DNA of 64,000 nucleotides from an uncultured bacterium (GTDB lineage: Bacteria; Planctomycetota; Phycisphaerae; Phycisphaerales; SM1A02): the NCBI GenBank assembly GCA_903911205.1, contig CAIWCL010000123.1, positions 10,819-74,818 of the forward strand, given 5' to 3'. Positions 1 to 9,678 of the stretch are shown here, piece by piece; within the stretch, counting starts at the first letter, position 1, and every line of letters starts with the position of its first letter. The notes beneath the pieces were generated by a model. That model did no database searches. It was given only the letters and a program-made list of their open reading frames with translations, and was not told where the DNA came from. The position numbers were made by a program, and so were the translations under genes.

Positions 1-1524
1 GGCATGAATTGGTGGATTGACGTCGCTGAAATTCCACTCGTACGCGGGCAACTCCCCGGAAGGGTGCATGTAGTGATCGGTGGTGATTTTGAGAAGTTGA
101 CCTTTCGCAAACTCCCCATCGATCGCCGCGAACGCGACGCAGTGAAACGCGAGATCCCATGCGGCAAACCATGGATACTCCCACGTATCCGGCATGGAAA
201 GCACACTTGATGCTGCGAGATGGCGCCAGTGCGCGTTGCGTCCGTTTTTGCGCGGTTCAGGCGGCGCGGGCTGCGCAGGATCGCCATCGAACCAGCGACG
301 GACGTCGAACTCGTAGTACTGCTTCGACCACAACAATCCGGCGTACGCCTGTCGTTGCACGCGTCGCTCGTCATCGCTTGCGAGTCCGCGATGAACGACT
401 TCATAAAACTGATCGGCCTCATGTCGGCGAACGTCGAGCAGTGCGGGAACGTCCGCAGGGGCGAATTCGCTGTTTGCCGGACAAAGCACAAGATCGAGCG
501 TTGCGCGAGCACCGGGCGCGAGCGTGATGCGATGCCAAAGGCCAGCCTTGGTGCCGCGCGCACGAGGATTCACGGCGTCGGCGCGACCATCGATGATGCG
601 TGCATGAAACGCATCCTTTGGCTGATGCATGACTTGATCAGCGCTCGGCTTGAGTCCAAAGTGGCGGCCGATGTTCGTCTCGTTCTCGCAGAAAAGTGGC
701 TCGCACAGCACACTTGTTGGCGAAGCGTTGCTTCCGGCATTCACGGCATCACCCGCTTCGCGCACCGAGCATGTGCCGGCACGGAGTTCCATTGCTCCGA
801 GCGCATGACATGTGGCAATCAGCGCATCGCGTGAGCGAGCGCCCTCGATCGAGGGACGCTCGGCATCCGTGCGCCACGACCATGTGTTCCGGAAGAACAA
901 CTGCGGAATCACGTGGATTTCCGAGGATTCCGGGCCTCGGTTTACGACCTCAATCCGCATCGCGGTTTCGTATTCATCCCGCTTGGCGTACGTCACCCAA
1001 ACTTCAAAGAATCGATCGTCGTCGATGATTCCGGTATCGAGCAATTCAAATTCAGGCTCGAGTTTCGTGCGGCTGCGATTCTCTCGAACGAGCGTCTCGT
1101 AGGGAAACGCGCGTTGTGGATACGCATAGAGCATGCGATTCCACGCATGACTCGGTACCGCGTCGACATGCCACCACAGTTCCTTCGCGTCTTCGCCGTG
1201 ATTCCCCTCCGAGTTTGTGAGGCCGAAGAGTCGCTCTTTGAGGATCGGATCGCGGCCGTTCCAGAGTGCGAGCGTCAGGCAGAGGTGCTGGTCCTTGTCG
1301 CACCAACCCGCGAGTCCATCTTCGCCCCAGCGATAGGCGCGGCTTCGTGCGTGGTCGTGCGGGAAAGAATCCCATGCGGCGCCATCGGAGGAATAGTCCT
1401 CGCGCACCGTGCCCCATTGTCGACAGGACACGTACGGACCCCACGATCGCCAATGTGCGAGTCCCGCACGAGAGTCTCGAAGGCGCGCATGTTCCGCCGA
1501 ATGATGACTCGCATGCGCGCTCAT
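1..1524 (-). CDS. GH63-like glycoside hydrolase (MGH1/YgjK-type glucosidase). N-terminal 508 codons only; the C-terminus lies beyond the window start
   Basis: Absent from the ORF track because it runs off the edge. My reverse-complement translation from ATG 1524..1522 stays open to position 1. It reads MSAHASHHSAEHARLRDSRAGLAHWRSWGPYVSCRQWGTVREDYSSDGAAWDSFPHDHARSRAYRWGEDGLAGWCDKDQHLCLTLALWNGRDPILKERLFGLTNSEGNHGEDAKE...WEYPWFAAWDLAFH...GELPAYEWNFSDVNPPIHA, the conserved N-terminal signature of bacterial GH63 glucosidases. ATGA overlap with the upstream gene stop (1521..1524). Confidence 0.75.
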   Translation of the reverse strand, partial: MSAHASHHSAEHARLRDSRAGLAHWRSWGPYVSCRQWGTVREDYSSDGAAWDSFPHDHARSRAYRWGEDGLAGWCDKDQHLCLTLALWNGRDPILKERLFGLTNSEGNHGEDAKELWWHVDAVPSHAWNRMLYAYPQRAFPYETLVRENRSRTKLEPEFELLDTGIIDDDRFFEVWVTYAKRDEYETAMRIEVVNRGPESSEIHVIPQLFFRNTWSWRTDAERPSIEGARSRDALIATCHALGAMELRAGTCSVREAGDAVNAGSNASPTSVLCEPLFCENETNIGRHFGLKPSADQVMHQPKDAFHARIIDGRADAVNPRARGTKAGLWHRITLAPGARATLDLVLCPANSEFAPADVPALLDVRRHEADQFYEVVHRGLASDDERRVQRQAYAGLLWSKQYYEFDVRRWFDGDPAQPAPPEPRKNGRNAHWRHLAASSVLSMPDTWEYPWFAAWDLAFHCVAFAAIDGEFAKGQLLKITTDHYMHPSGELPAYEWNFSDVNPPIHA

Positions 1525-3668
1525 GTTGAACTGCTCCTGTGCGCGTCGTCCGCGCTCAATGCTGCACGAAATCCCTCGCCGCGCGCGGTGCGGAGCGCGT
1601 CGAGAAGGCAACCAACGCTCCACGCCTGCATCGGACAGCCCCGCGCCTCGTGTGGAGCATCGGCGTCCGCAATTTCGGCGATCGATCCCATGCCGCCATC
1701 GCGAAGTTGTCCTGAAAGATCGGAGAGCGCGAGTTGCGCGAGCCGTTCTCCGCGCGCGCGATCCGCGCGCAGTTCCGCGCGCAAGCGCAGGCCTGTCAGG
1801 AATGGCCAGGCGGTGCCATTGTGATAGGCGAAATCGCGTGAGCGCTGATCGCCTTCGTAGCGCCCGCGATACCCGAGACTTCCAGGGGCGAGTGTTCGCA
1901 CGGCGAGCGGCGTCGCGAGTTGTGCGCCAATTCGCGCGAGCGCGCGCGTTCGCCAATCGCGGTCCATCGCAACGTGCTCCGCTGCGAGCGCGAACAATTG
2001 ATTGGGACGAAGAAGGTCGCCTATCGCAGCGGCGTCGTCTGGCGTGTCGGTACAGTCGACGACGTCGCGGAAGGCCTGCGTTTCCGGATTCCAATACCGC
2101 GCGAACGAAGACTGCGTTCGCTCCGCGTGGCTCCGCAGCCATGCCGCCGTTGCCTCATCTTTCGCGGGTGAATCCTCGGAGAGCGCGGCGGCGAGCCCCA
2201 TCAACGCTTCGATCCAAAGTGCGCTGAGTTCAATCGGCTTTCCCGCTCTCGGTGTGACGACCGTGCCGTTGACCTTCGCGTCCATCCACGTGAGTTGGAA
2301 TCCTCCTTCACCTGCGCGTACGAGTCCGTCGGCGTCGATCGCGATGCCGTGTTGCGTGCCCGCGATGAAGTGTTCGACGATTCCTCGCAACGCGGGCGCC
2401 ACGCGCGCAAGCCAGGAGCCATCCCGCGAGGCGCGAAAGACGTCGGTCGCGGCAATGATCGCAAGCAGTGGCGCATCTGCTGCGTGGTACTCCGGTTCGC
2501 TTGATTCGTCGGGAAAACGGTTCGGAAGCAGACCGTCCTTCACATGATCGAGGAATGTTTCGACGACCGACTTCGCATCGTCCAAACGCCCGGTCTGGAG
2601 GAGTACCCCCGGAAGCGCGAGCATTGCGTCGCGACCCCAATCTTCAAACCACGGAAATCCCGCGATGATGGAACGGCCTTCACGGCCGTCGGCCCGGCGT
2701 CGGGCCACGATGAACGCATCGGATGCGAGGACAAGCGAGCGCAGTTCGGCAGGTGAATGCTCGGCATTTGCACGCGAGAGCAGCGCGGATTGTCGAGCTC
2801 GTTCTGCGGCGAGAATCGGAGACGCATGTGGCACCGATCGGACGATTTCTGGCGAGAGACCGATGACCAGCGCCGCCGAAGAACCAGGGTTGATCGTGAG
2901 TGACGCGGTGAGTGCGTGGCACGCCGAACCAAGTGAGTCGTAGCCACGTGCGCGTTCCTCGGCAAGGAGGTGACGACGCCACCAATTGCATACGGGGGTG
3001 AACGCTGCGCCGGTTCCTGCGACGAAGAGCTCGGTCGAAGTCGCGGCAAAGCGATTCGCGGGTAACGCGATGCGTGCGCCGCCTTCGATTGGAGTGGTTT
3101 CGGGCATCCAAGACGCATCTGGATCGAGTTGGTGCTGCCCGCGATGTTCGACAAAAATGCGTGCGTCGAGTGAGATAGGCTCAGGCGCGTCGACGAGCGT
3201 CCAAAGGATGGCGATCGCACGTTGTTCGCGCAGCATCACGAGTCGCTTTTCGAGGCGCGCCGAACCGATTTCATAGGTCCACGATGGCGTGGTGCCTTCG
3301 AGCGCGAAACCGGCGATCGCACGATGTCCATCGGGATCGATCGAGCCATCCGACCATCGTCGCGCACCCAGCGTCATGCGATGGGCACCGATCGTCACAT
3401 CCTCATCGACGAAAGGCACGAGCATGCGTCGACCGATCGGAGGCCGCGTTGCACCGAGGAGGAGGCCGTGATATCGGCGGGTCGCGATGAACGAAGTCGT
3501 ACCGAGCGCATAATCGCCGAACCCTGAGGTCACAAGCCATTCGCGGCGCGTTCCCTCGGCCGCTTCACCCGCGACATGGCGAGAGAGCGCGAGCGTAGGG
3601 AGCGAGTCATCGGTTGTGTGCGCGCGGATTCCGTCCATCGAATTGGAACCATACTTGAACGGGCACAC
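1521..3668 (-). CDS. glycogen debranching enzyme family protein (amylo-alpha-1,6-glucosidase, GDE type)
   Basis: 715-aa ORF with WLVTSGFGDYALGTTSFIATRRYHGLL near the N-terminus, then FPWFEDWGRDAMLALPGVLLQTGR and AYHNGTAWPFL motifs typical of bacterial/archaeal GDE. Start may be 3668 or the Met at 3638. Confidence 0.85.
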   Translation of the reverse strand: MCPFKYGSNSMDGIRAHTTDDSLPTLALSRHVAGEAAEGTRREWLVTSGFGDYALGTTSFIATRRYHGLLLGATRPPIGRRMLVPFVDEDVTIGAHRMTLGARRWSDGSIDPDGHRAIAGFALEGTTPSWTYEIGSARLEKRLVMLREQRAIAILWTLVDAPEPISLDARIFVEHRGQHQLDPDASWMPETTPIEGGARIALPANRFAATSTELFVAGTGAAFTPVCNWWRRHLLAEERARGYDSLGSACHALTASLTINPGSSAALVIGLSPEIVRSVPHASPILAAERARQSALLSRANAEHSPAELRSLVLASDAFIVARRRADGREGRSIIAGFPWFEDWGRDAMLALPGVLLQTGRLDDAKSVVETFLDHVKDGLLPNRFPDESSEPEYHAADAPLLAIIAATDVFRASRDGSWLARVAPALRGIVEHFIAGTQHGIAIDADGLVRAGEGGFQLTWMDAKVNGTVVTPRAGKPIELSALWIEALMGLAAALSEDSPAKDEATAAWLRSHAERTQSSFARYWNPETQAFRDVVDCTDTPDDAAAIGDLLRPNQLFALAAEHVAMDRDWRTRALARIGAQLATPLAVRTLAPGSLGYRGRYEGDQRSRDFAYHNGTAWPFLTGLRLRAELRADRARGERLAQLALSDLSGQLRDGGMGSIAEIADADAPHEARGCPMQAWSVGCLLDALRTARGEGFRAALSADDAHRSSST

Positions 3669-3726
3669 TCTCTCGCGATGCGTGGAGAAGTTCTGGACTC
3701 ACTCCTCAAATCGCGATGGATTTTCG

Positions 3727-4875
3727 TCAGTCGAGCCGCCGTCCGGGCCACGGACCAGCGAAGAATTGCGCATCACGTTCGTCGATGTGGAAGGTGACCC
3801 GTGCGTTGATCGGCAATTCCTGCGCGTGTGCGCGGGGGACCCGTGCCCGAAGCGTTCGGCCGTCGGCTCGAAGTGCGATCAAGTCAACGAAAAGTCCGGC
3901 GGGCTCGCGCGCGAGCAATTTCGCGTCGAGTTCGATCGAGGGCTCACGTGGTGTGCCAACGCGAATTTGCCACGGCCGCAGACCGACGAGCGTTGGAGTT
4001 TCGACGCGCGCCCGCGCGCGACGTTCGGTGAGTTCGCGCGCAAGCCCCGGCGAAATCCGGGCATCGGCGCACGTGCCATCCGCCGAAATCTCAATCACGT
4101 GCATGCCGAGGTCATCCACGAGCTGCGCCGTTTCAAGATCGGGTGGCCGATCAGCGATTTCGCCCGCGGGGCCGAACGCACGGACTTCGCCTCGCAGCAG
4201 GACAAGCATGTCATCCGCAATCGCGAGCGCATCGGTCGGATCGTGTGTGACGACGATGGTTGTTGCGCCGATCGAGCGTTGCAACTCTCGCACCATCTGC
4301 CGAACGGTGAAGCGATTCGCACGGTCGAGATTCGCAAAGGGCTCATCGAGCAAGACGAGTTGGGGCGAGCGGATGAAGACCCGCGCGATCGCAACGCGCC
4401 GACGCTCGCCAGCCGAAAGTGCCGCGGGGCGGCGATCTCGAAGATGCGCGATGCCAAGCGATCGGAGCAGGCTCGTCACACGATCGCGTCGACGATCCGC
4501 GGGCTCGCCGCGGGGTAGCGCCGCGCTCTCGATGTTCATGGCGACGGAGAGATGCTCGTGCAGGGCCGCGTCATCGAAGCTCATGCCAACCGCACGTTCG
4601 CACGGCGAGAGATTGGCCCAATCTGTACCGCTGAACGCGATGGTTCCGCGCTGAGGCCGCTCGAAACCTGCAAGCAACGACAGAAGCGTGCTTTTGCCGG
4701 CACCCGAAGGTCCGACGATCGCGACCAACCGACCGCGTGGGACTTCGAACGAAACGTCCTGCAGGACTGGAGCGGCGCCCGAACCCTTTCCGCGGGAGAA
4801 TGAGACGCCGCGCACGGAGAGCCCGGGCACGGTCGTATCGGGCGAGCCCGACAAGGCGGCGCCCGACGCAGGCAT
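3727..4875 (-). CDS. ABC transporter ATP-binding protein, MalK/MsiK-like with a C-terminal regulatory extension; no permease gene is adjacent
   Basis: Walker A GPSGAGKST, signature LSAGERRRV, Walker B LVLLDEP, H-loop VTHD, plus about 130 extra C-terminal residues. Its start ATG shares one base with the prfB stop (TGATG at 4873..4877). Confidence 0.85.
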   Translation of the reverse strand: MPASGAALSGSPDTTVPGLSVRGVSFSRGKGSGAAPVLQDVSFEVPRGRLVAIVGPSGAGKSTLLSLLAGFERPQRGTIAFSGTDWANLSPCERAVGMSFDDAALHEHLSVAMNIESAALPRGEPADRRRDRVTSLLRSLGIAHLRDRRPAALSAGERRRVAIARVFIRSPQLVLLDEPFANLDRANRFTVRQMVRELQRSIGATTIVVTHDPTDALAIADDMLVLLRGEVRAFGPAGEIADRPPDLETAQLVDDLGMHVIEISADGTCADARISPGLARELTERRARARVETPTLVGLRPWQIRVGTPREPSIELDAKLLAREPAGLFVDLIALRADGRTLRARVPRAHAQELPINARVTFHIDERDAQFFAGPWPGRRLD

Positions 4876-5982
4876 CAGCCGCGCTCCGCGCGTCGGCGCT
4901 TCAATTCTGCGTCGATGAAGTCCGCGATGTGTCCGTCGAGGACATGCTGCGGATTTCCCGTTTCATGGCCGGTGCGATGGTCCTTCACGCGATTGTCATA
5001 GAAGACATACGAGCGAATTTGGTTCCCCCAATCGCGCGAAACCTTGCCGCCCGTGGCAGCAGTGAGCTCCGCCGCGCGTCGCTCTTCTTCCAATTGTTCG
5101 AGTTTCGCCTGAAGCACGGCGAGTGCCTGTGCCTTGTTCTGTGGCTGATCGCGATAGGTACTCGCAACAACCTGAATACCAGTTGGAAGGTGTGTCACGC
5201 GAATTGCAGACGCAACCTTGTTGACATTCTGCCCACCAGGACCAGACGCGCGCACGAACGCGACGATTTCGAGATCCTTGTCGGGAATCACCAGATCGCC
5301 GTGCTCAAACTCCGGCGTCACATCAACGGTCGCGAAACTCGTCTGGCGCTTCCCTTCGGCGTTGAACGGTGACACGCGCGCAAGGCGATGTGTGCCGCGC
5401 TCGCAGTTCATATAGCCGTAGGCGAACGGACCAACGATGCGATAGGAGACTTCCGAAATACCCGCTTCAGGCCCAAGCGAACGCGAGATTTCCTCGAGTT
5501 TCCAGCCCATCTCCTGGAAGTAGTAGAGGTACATGCGCTCGAGCATGCCCGCCCAATCTTCCGCTTCGGTCCCGCCTGCACCGGCTTGGATGGCAACGAA
5601 GCAGTTGCGGTGGTCGTGCTTCCCGGAGAGCAGCGACTGCTGCTCGATCTTGTCCATCTTGGACTGGAGGCCGAAGAGTGTCTCGTCGACCTCGGCAAGC
5701 ATGTCGGCATCGCCGGCTTCTTTCGCCAGTTCGTAGCCGACCGTCGCGTCGCCAAGGAGGCGAATCGCGTCTTCGAGCGGTTCCACCTGCGCGCGGATGA
5801 TCTTGCTCTCGGCAATGATCTTCTGCGCTTGCTTTGGGTCGTTCCAAAATTCTTGAGCGTTCATGCGGTCGTCGTACGCCGCGCGCTCTTTGAGTTTTTG
5901 ATCGTAGTTAAAGAGAGTCGCGGAGCGTCAAAATCCGCGCCTCAAGCTCGTTGATCACCGGTTGGTGAGCGTCATAGTGCAT
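4875..5982 (-). CDS. prfB: peptide chain release factor 2, expressed through a programmed +1 ribosomal frameshift
   Basis: The main ORF (4875..5864 in the track) has SPFNAEGKRQTSF and the GGQ motif (ASGPGGQNVNKV). It lacks the first ~45 residues of RF2. A 24-codon ORF0 starts at ATG 5982..5980 (MHYDAHQPVINELEARILTLRDSL) and ends at TAA 5910..5908. Shifting +1 on CTT T AAC continues as NYDQKLKERAAYDDRMNAQEFWNDP, in frame with the main ORF. This is colinear with E. coli LRGYL*DYDAKKERLEEV...DVWNEP. Confidence 0.9.
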
Positions 5983-6046
5983 AGGGGCGGAGAGTGTAGC
6001 GGGGGAAACCCGCTCCGTGCGTGCCGCGTTCCATTACATTTCCCGC

Positions 6047-7294
6047 ATGATGACTGCTGACGCTGTGCATCCGATGTTTGTCTCTTCGCGCATCGCCTCG
6101 ATGGCAGAAAGCGCCACGCTTGCCGTTGGTGCCAAGGCCGCGGCGGCCCGCGCGAAAGGCCACGATGTGATCGCGTTCGCGATGGGCGAGCCTGACTTCG
6201 ACACGCCGGAGAACATCAAACGCGTTGCGATCGCTGCGCTTGAGAAGGGCATGACGAAGTATGCGCCGACGCCTGGAGACAAAGCAGCGCGCGAGGCGAT
6301 CGCCCGCAAACTCACGGTCGAAAACGGTGTTGCGACTTCGTTTGAACAAGTCACCGTAACGGTTGGCGCGAAGCACGCGATTTACATGGCGCTGCACGCG
6401 ATTGTCGAGCCAGGTCGTGGCGACGAAGTGTTGCTGCCGACGCCTGCGTGGGTGTCGTACAAGCCGCTCATTGAACTTGCGGGCGCGAAGTGCGTGGAAG
6501 TCGCGGGCACGGTCGCAAACGGCTTCCGCGTGACGCCTGAGGATCTCGCCGCTGCGATCACGCCACGCACGGTTGGGATCGTCTGGAACTCGCCCTCCAA
6601 CCCGTGCGGTACGGCGTATCCAGCAGACGAGATTCGTGCGCTCTGCGAGGTACTCGCGAAACACGAGAAGATCGCGGTGCTCTCCGACGAGATTTATGAA
6701 AAGTTGATCTATCCAGAAGTTGCGCCGGGGCTTTCACACTTTTCGCCAGGCTCACACCCCGCGCTCGCGGGCCGCACGATCACGATCAATGGCATGAGCA
6801 AGAGTTACGCGATGACCGGTTGGCGCATCGGCTACATGGCTGCGCCGAAGGCGATGGCGAAGGAACTCATCAAATTGCAGGGGCAAATGACGAACTCGAT
6901 CCCGAGTTTCTTCTACCCAGCGATCGTCGAGGCTCTTACGAACAGCGCAGTCGGTGTCGAGGCCATGCGCGTGAAATTCGCAGCGCGCGCCGCGCTGATC
7001 AAACGCGAACTCGATGCGATTCCCGGCTTCGTCACCGTTGCACCGAACGCCGCGTTCTACGCATTTCCCGATATTTCGGCCTACTTCGGCAAGACCACGC
7101 CTGCCGGTACTCGCATCACCAGTGCGCAAGCATTCGCCGACGCCCTCCTCGACGAAGCGCATGTCGCGGTCGTTCCCGGCGAAGATTTCGGTGCATGCGC
7201 CCGTGGGCACATCCGCTTCTCCTTTGCCTGCTCAGATGAGACGATCGTCAAGGGCCTCGCGCGTGTTCGTGCGTGGGTTCAGTCGCTTCGGTGA
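6047..7294 (+). CDS. class I/II pyridoxal-phosphate aminotransferase (aspartate/prephenate aminotransferase type)
   Basis: ATLAVGAKAAAARAKGHDVIAFAMGEPDFDTP, NSPSNPCGTAY and the PLP-lysine motif INGMSKSYAMTGWRIGY. The start was chosen at Met 11 of the 6017 ORF by alignment logic. Divergent from prfB. Confidence 0.9.
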   Translation: MMTADAVHPMFVSSRIASMAESATLAVGAKAAAARAKGHDVIAFAMGEPDFDTPENIKRVAIAALEKGMTKYAPTPGDKAAREAIARKLTVENGVATSFEQVTVTVGAKHAIYMALHAIVEPGRGDEVLLPTPAWVSYKPLIELAGAKCVEVAGTVANGFRVTPEDLAAAITPRTVGIVWNSPSNPCGTAYPADEIRALCEVLAKHEKIAVLSDEIYEKLIYPEVAPGLSHFSPGSHPALAGRTITINGMSKSYAMTGWRIGYMAAPKAMAKELIKLQGQMTNSIPSFFYPAIVEALTNSAVGVEAMRVKFAARAALIKRELDAIPGFVTVAPNAAFYAFPDISAYFGKTTPAGTRITSAQAFADALLDEAHVAVVPGEDFGACARGHIRFSFACSDETIVKGLARVRAWVQSLR

Positions 7295-7334
7295 GCGGGC
7301 TGAACGTGAGTGGAGGCCCGTAAGTCATGGCAGG

Positions 7335-8294
7335 CTACGAGCCCTTTCGCTGCGCGAACATCCAATCAAGCACGCCGTTGTCGCCGAAGCGGTACGCGGG
7401 CGTCCACGAGTCGTGACCGACCTTGTCGTACTCGCGGTAGGTCGGATTCGGCGCGCGCTTCGGCATCGGCTTGGCTGCACTGGGAGTTCCGCGCGACTTC
7501 TCTCGATCGACGCGTGCAACGTCTGCCGAAGCCGCTGCGATCGCCTCACGCATCGTGCGCGAAAGAGCAACAGGAACCACCGGATCGTCGGTGCCATGCA
7601 CGATGTAGAACGGCACCCGCGCCACGGTTGGCGCCGTCGCCGGATCGCCGCCGCCGCAGATCGGCACAACTGCCGCGAAGAGTTCAGGCTTGCGCACCGC
7701 AAGATCAAACGCGCCGAATCCGCCCATCGAAAGGCCCGTCAGATAGACGCGCGTTGGGTCGACGGCCTTCGTCGTCATCACGTCGTCGATCGCCTGCATG
7801 AGTGCGCGCATGGCCCGGGTGGGCTCCGTTGCGGCCTTCGGTGTTTCGCCACGCTCGCGCATCGCCTTGATATCGATGTGGCTCCAGGTCTCGCTCGCCG
7901 GGCACTGCATCGCCAACACGTAGCACGGGGCCTTCTGCTGAAACTCCTCCGACGCGCAGCCGCCTGCAAAGTGCACGAGCTGCGCGCGGTTGTCGCTGCC
8001 GCGCTCGCCTGAGCCATGGAGAAAGACCACAAGCGGAACACGTGCGCCGGGATCGGCGATCGCGGCAGCCGCGGGCTCGACAAGTCGGTAGCGGTAGGTC
8101 GCCTCGATGGTTCCGTCAGGCTTCTGCAGCACCGTCTCGCCAGCGGGGATCTTGGCGAAGGGATCCGCCGTGGTGGCACTCGCTGGCGCTGTGGAGGTCG
8201 GCGCCGGAGTCGTGGTGGTGGTGGTCTGCGCAAAAAGAACGCAGCCTGCGCAGAGGGCTGCACAGGCTGCGAGAAAGACTGGAGAGAGATTCAT
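7335..8294 (-). CDS. secreted alpha/beta hydrolase (carboxylesterase/dienelactone-hydrolase-like), probable lipoprotein
   Basis: Signal/lipobox-like N-terminus [18 protein letters not shown] followed by a T-rich linker. [11 protein letters not shown], nucleophile elbow GLSMGG, and [16 protein letters not shown] overlap with the nuoB stop. Confidence 0.8.
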   Translation of the reverse strand: MNLSPVFLAACAALCAGCVLFAQTTTTTTPAPTSTAPASATTADPFAKIPAGETVLQKPDGTIEATYRYRLVEPAAAAIADPGARVPLVVFLHGSGERGSDNRAQLVHFAGGCASEEFQQKAPCYVLAMQCPASETWSHIDIKAMRERGETPKAATEPTRAMRALMQAIDDVMTTKAVDPTRVYLTGLSMGGFGAFDLAVRKPELFAAVVPICGGGDPATAPTVARVPFYIVHGTDDPVVPVALSRTMREAIAAASADVARVDREKSRGTPSAAKPMPKRAPNPTYREYDKVGHDSWTPAYRFGDNGVLDWMFAQRKGS

Positions 8295-8923
8295 GCGCGG
8301 GATGGTACGTACACGCCGCCCGCGGTTCGATTCGCTGCTGGCCCTGGAAGCTGGATGCCGAGCGGCACTGGCTGCGGACGAACTTCGTAATTCGGGGTGA
8401 GCGCGATGTTCAGCGGCAAGCGCTTGCCGGTTGGATCGCGCGGAATGTTGTCTTCGTCGATGATGCGCTGAATCGCCATGATGCCTTCGATGAGCATCTC
8501 AGGGCGCGGCGGGCAGCCGGGCACATACACGTCGACGGGGATGTACTGGTCGACGCCCTGCACCACTGCGTAGGTGTCGAAGACGCCGCCGGTCGAGGCG
8601 CACGCGCCCATCGAGATCACCCACTTCGGCTCAGCCATCTGCATGTAAATGCGTTGCAGCACGGGAAGCGTCTTCACGCTCACGCGACCGGCGACGATCA
8701 AGAGATCTGCCTGGCGCGGCGAGAAGCGCATGACCTCTGCGCCGAACCGCGCAAGGTCGAAGCGCGAGCAGGCGGTTGCCATCAGTTCGATGCCGCAGCA
8801 AGCGGTCGCGAACGGAAGAGGCCAGACGCTCGAACGGCGCGCCCAGTTGATGACGCGGTTCAGTTGCGTGGTGACGACACTGTCGGTGGGAAGTGCTGCT
8901 TCAAGACCCATAGGGACGCGCAT
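8291..8923 (-). CDS. nuoB: NADH-quinone oxidoreductase subunit B (NuoB/Nqo6-like), stand-alone, with a C-terminal extension
   Basis: [25 protein letters not shown] and VPGCPPRPE (all N2-cluster cysteines present). Start taken at MRVPMGLE (8923); the track ORF extends to 8989. About 55 residues follow the conserved core. Confidence 0.85.
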   Translation of the reverse strand: MRVPMGLEAALPTDSVVTTQLNRVINWARRSSVWPLPFATACCGIELMATACSRFDLARFGAEVMRFSPRQADLLIVAGRVSVKTLPVLQRIYMQMAEPKWVISMGACASTGGVFDTYAVVQGVDQYIPVDVYVPGCPPRPEMLIEGIMAIQRIIDEDNIPRDPTGKRLPLNIALTPNYEVRPQPVPLGIQLPGPAANRTAGGVYVPSRA

Positions 8924-9141
8924 GGTAGCGCGAGAGGGGAAGCAGGTCGCGGCTGATTTACCGCAGTTTCTGTGCGCGTTTCCGCGCATGCAAAGTCGTT
9001 GCGCGCCCCAAAGTCATGCTGGAACGCGGCAGCGCGTCGGACCGCGGGGGTGGGTCACTCCGGGAACGAGCCGCCGTCTCTCGGCCGTGAGTTCGGCCGT
9101 GAGTGCGGTCTTCTGTTCGGGTTTCAGTTTCGAAATGCGGT

Positions 9142-9540
9142 TCAGTTCAGAATCGCGCCGAGCTCGTCGCGGCCGTGGACCACGGTGTAGAGCCGATCGA
9201 TCTTCATCATGCGGAAGAGGTCGAGCAGCGAGCGGCTGGTACCCGAAAGGTACGGCTTGAACTTCGCGGCATCGGCGCGCTTCCGAAGATCCACGCACAT
9301 CCCGAGGCCCATGCTCGTGAGGAGCGTGACGCCCGACATGTCGAGAACGAACGAACTGCCCTTCGGCATGTTGGCGTTCTCAAGCGCATCCGCGATTTCC
9401 GCGGCGATGATTGGCGCCTCGCGTTGTCCAACCGTCGGACATACGACACGCGCCAGGATGCCCCGGCCACAGCGTTCGATCGAGACGAACTGAGAAAGGC
9501 TGGTCTCGCGGTTGGACGTGTGAAGCGTGTACGGAGTCAT
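9142..9540 (-). CDS. STAS-domain protein (anti-sigma-factor antagonist family)
   Basis: VLDMSGVTLLTSMGLGMCVDLRKRA...LSGTSRSLLDLFRMMKIDRLYTV matches the SpoIIAA/STAS pattern. Start taken at MTPYTL (Met 30 of the track ORF). Confidence 0.75.
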   Translation of the reverse strand: MTPYTLHTSNRETSLSQFVSIERCGRGILARVVCPTVGQREAPIIAAEIADALENANMPKGSSFVLDMSGVTLLTSMGLGMCVDLRKRADAAKFKPYLSGTSRSLLDLFRMMKIDRLYTVVHGRDELGAILN

Positions 9541-9611
9541 ACGCTCTTCGTCGACCCGCAGAAGGGGTGACTTTGGCGCACTCGTCCGAAAAAGAAAAAA
9601 ACTCGTTTCTG

Positions 9612-9656
9612 TCGCGGAAAAGTGCAATCGCCCCGGTGTGTGGTCCGGGGCGATTG
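9612..9656 (-). terminator. putative intrinsic terminator after the coiled-coil protein gene
   Basis: Perfect 12-bp stem (9625..9636 pairs with 9645..9656, caatcgccccgg/ccggggcgattg) with an 8-nt loop. On the minus strand it is followed by CACTTTTCC, and a longer T-run lies ~20 nt further on. Confidence 0.5.
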
Positions 9657-9678
9657 CCTGAGTTTGTAGGAGTCGTTG

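Noticed and set aside
5972-6664. 230-aa minus-strand ORF overlapping the prfB upstream region
   Set aside because: It is antisense to the aminotransferase gene. The real minus-strand feature here is only the 24-codon prfB ORF0 (5908..5982), in a different frame.
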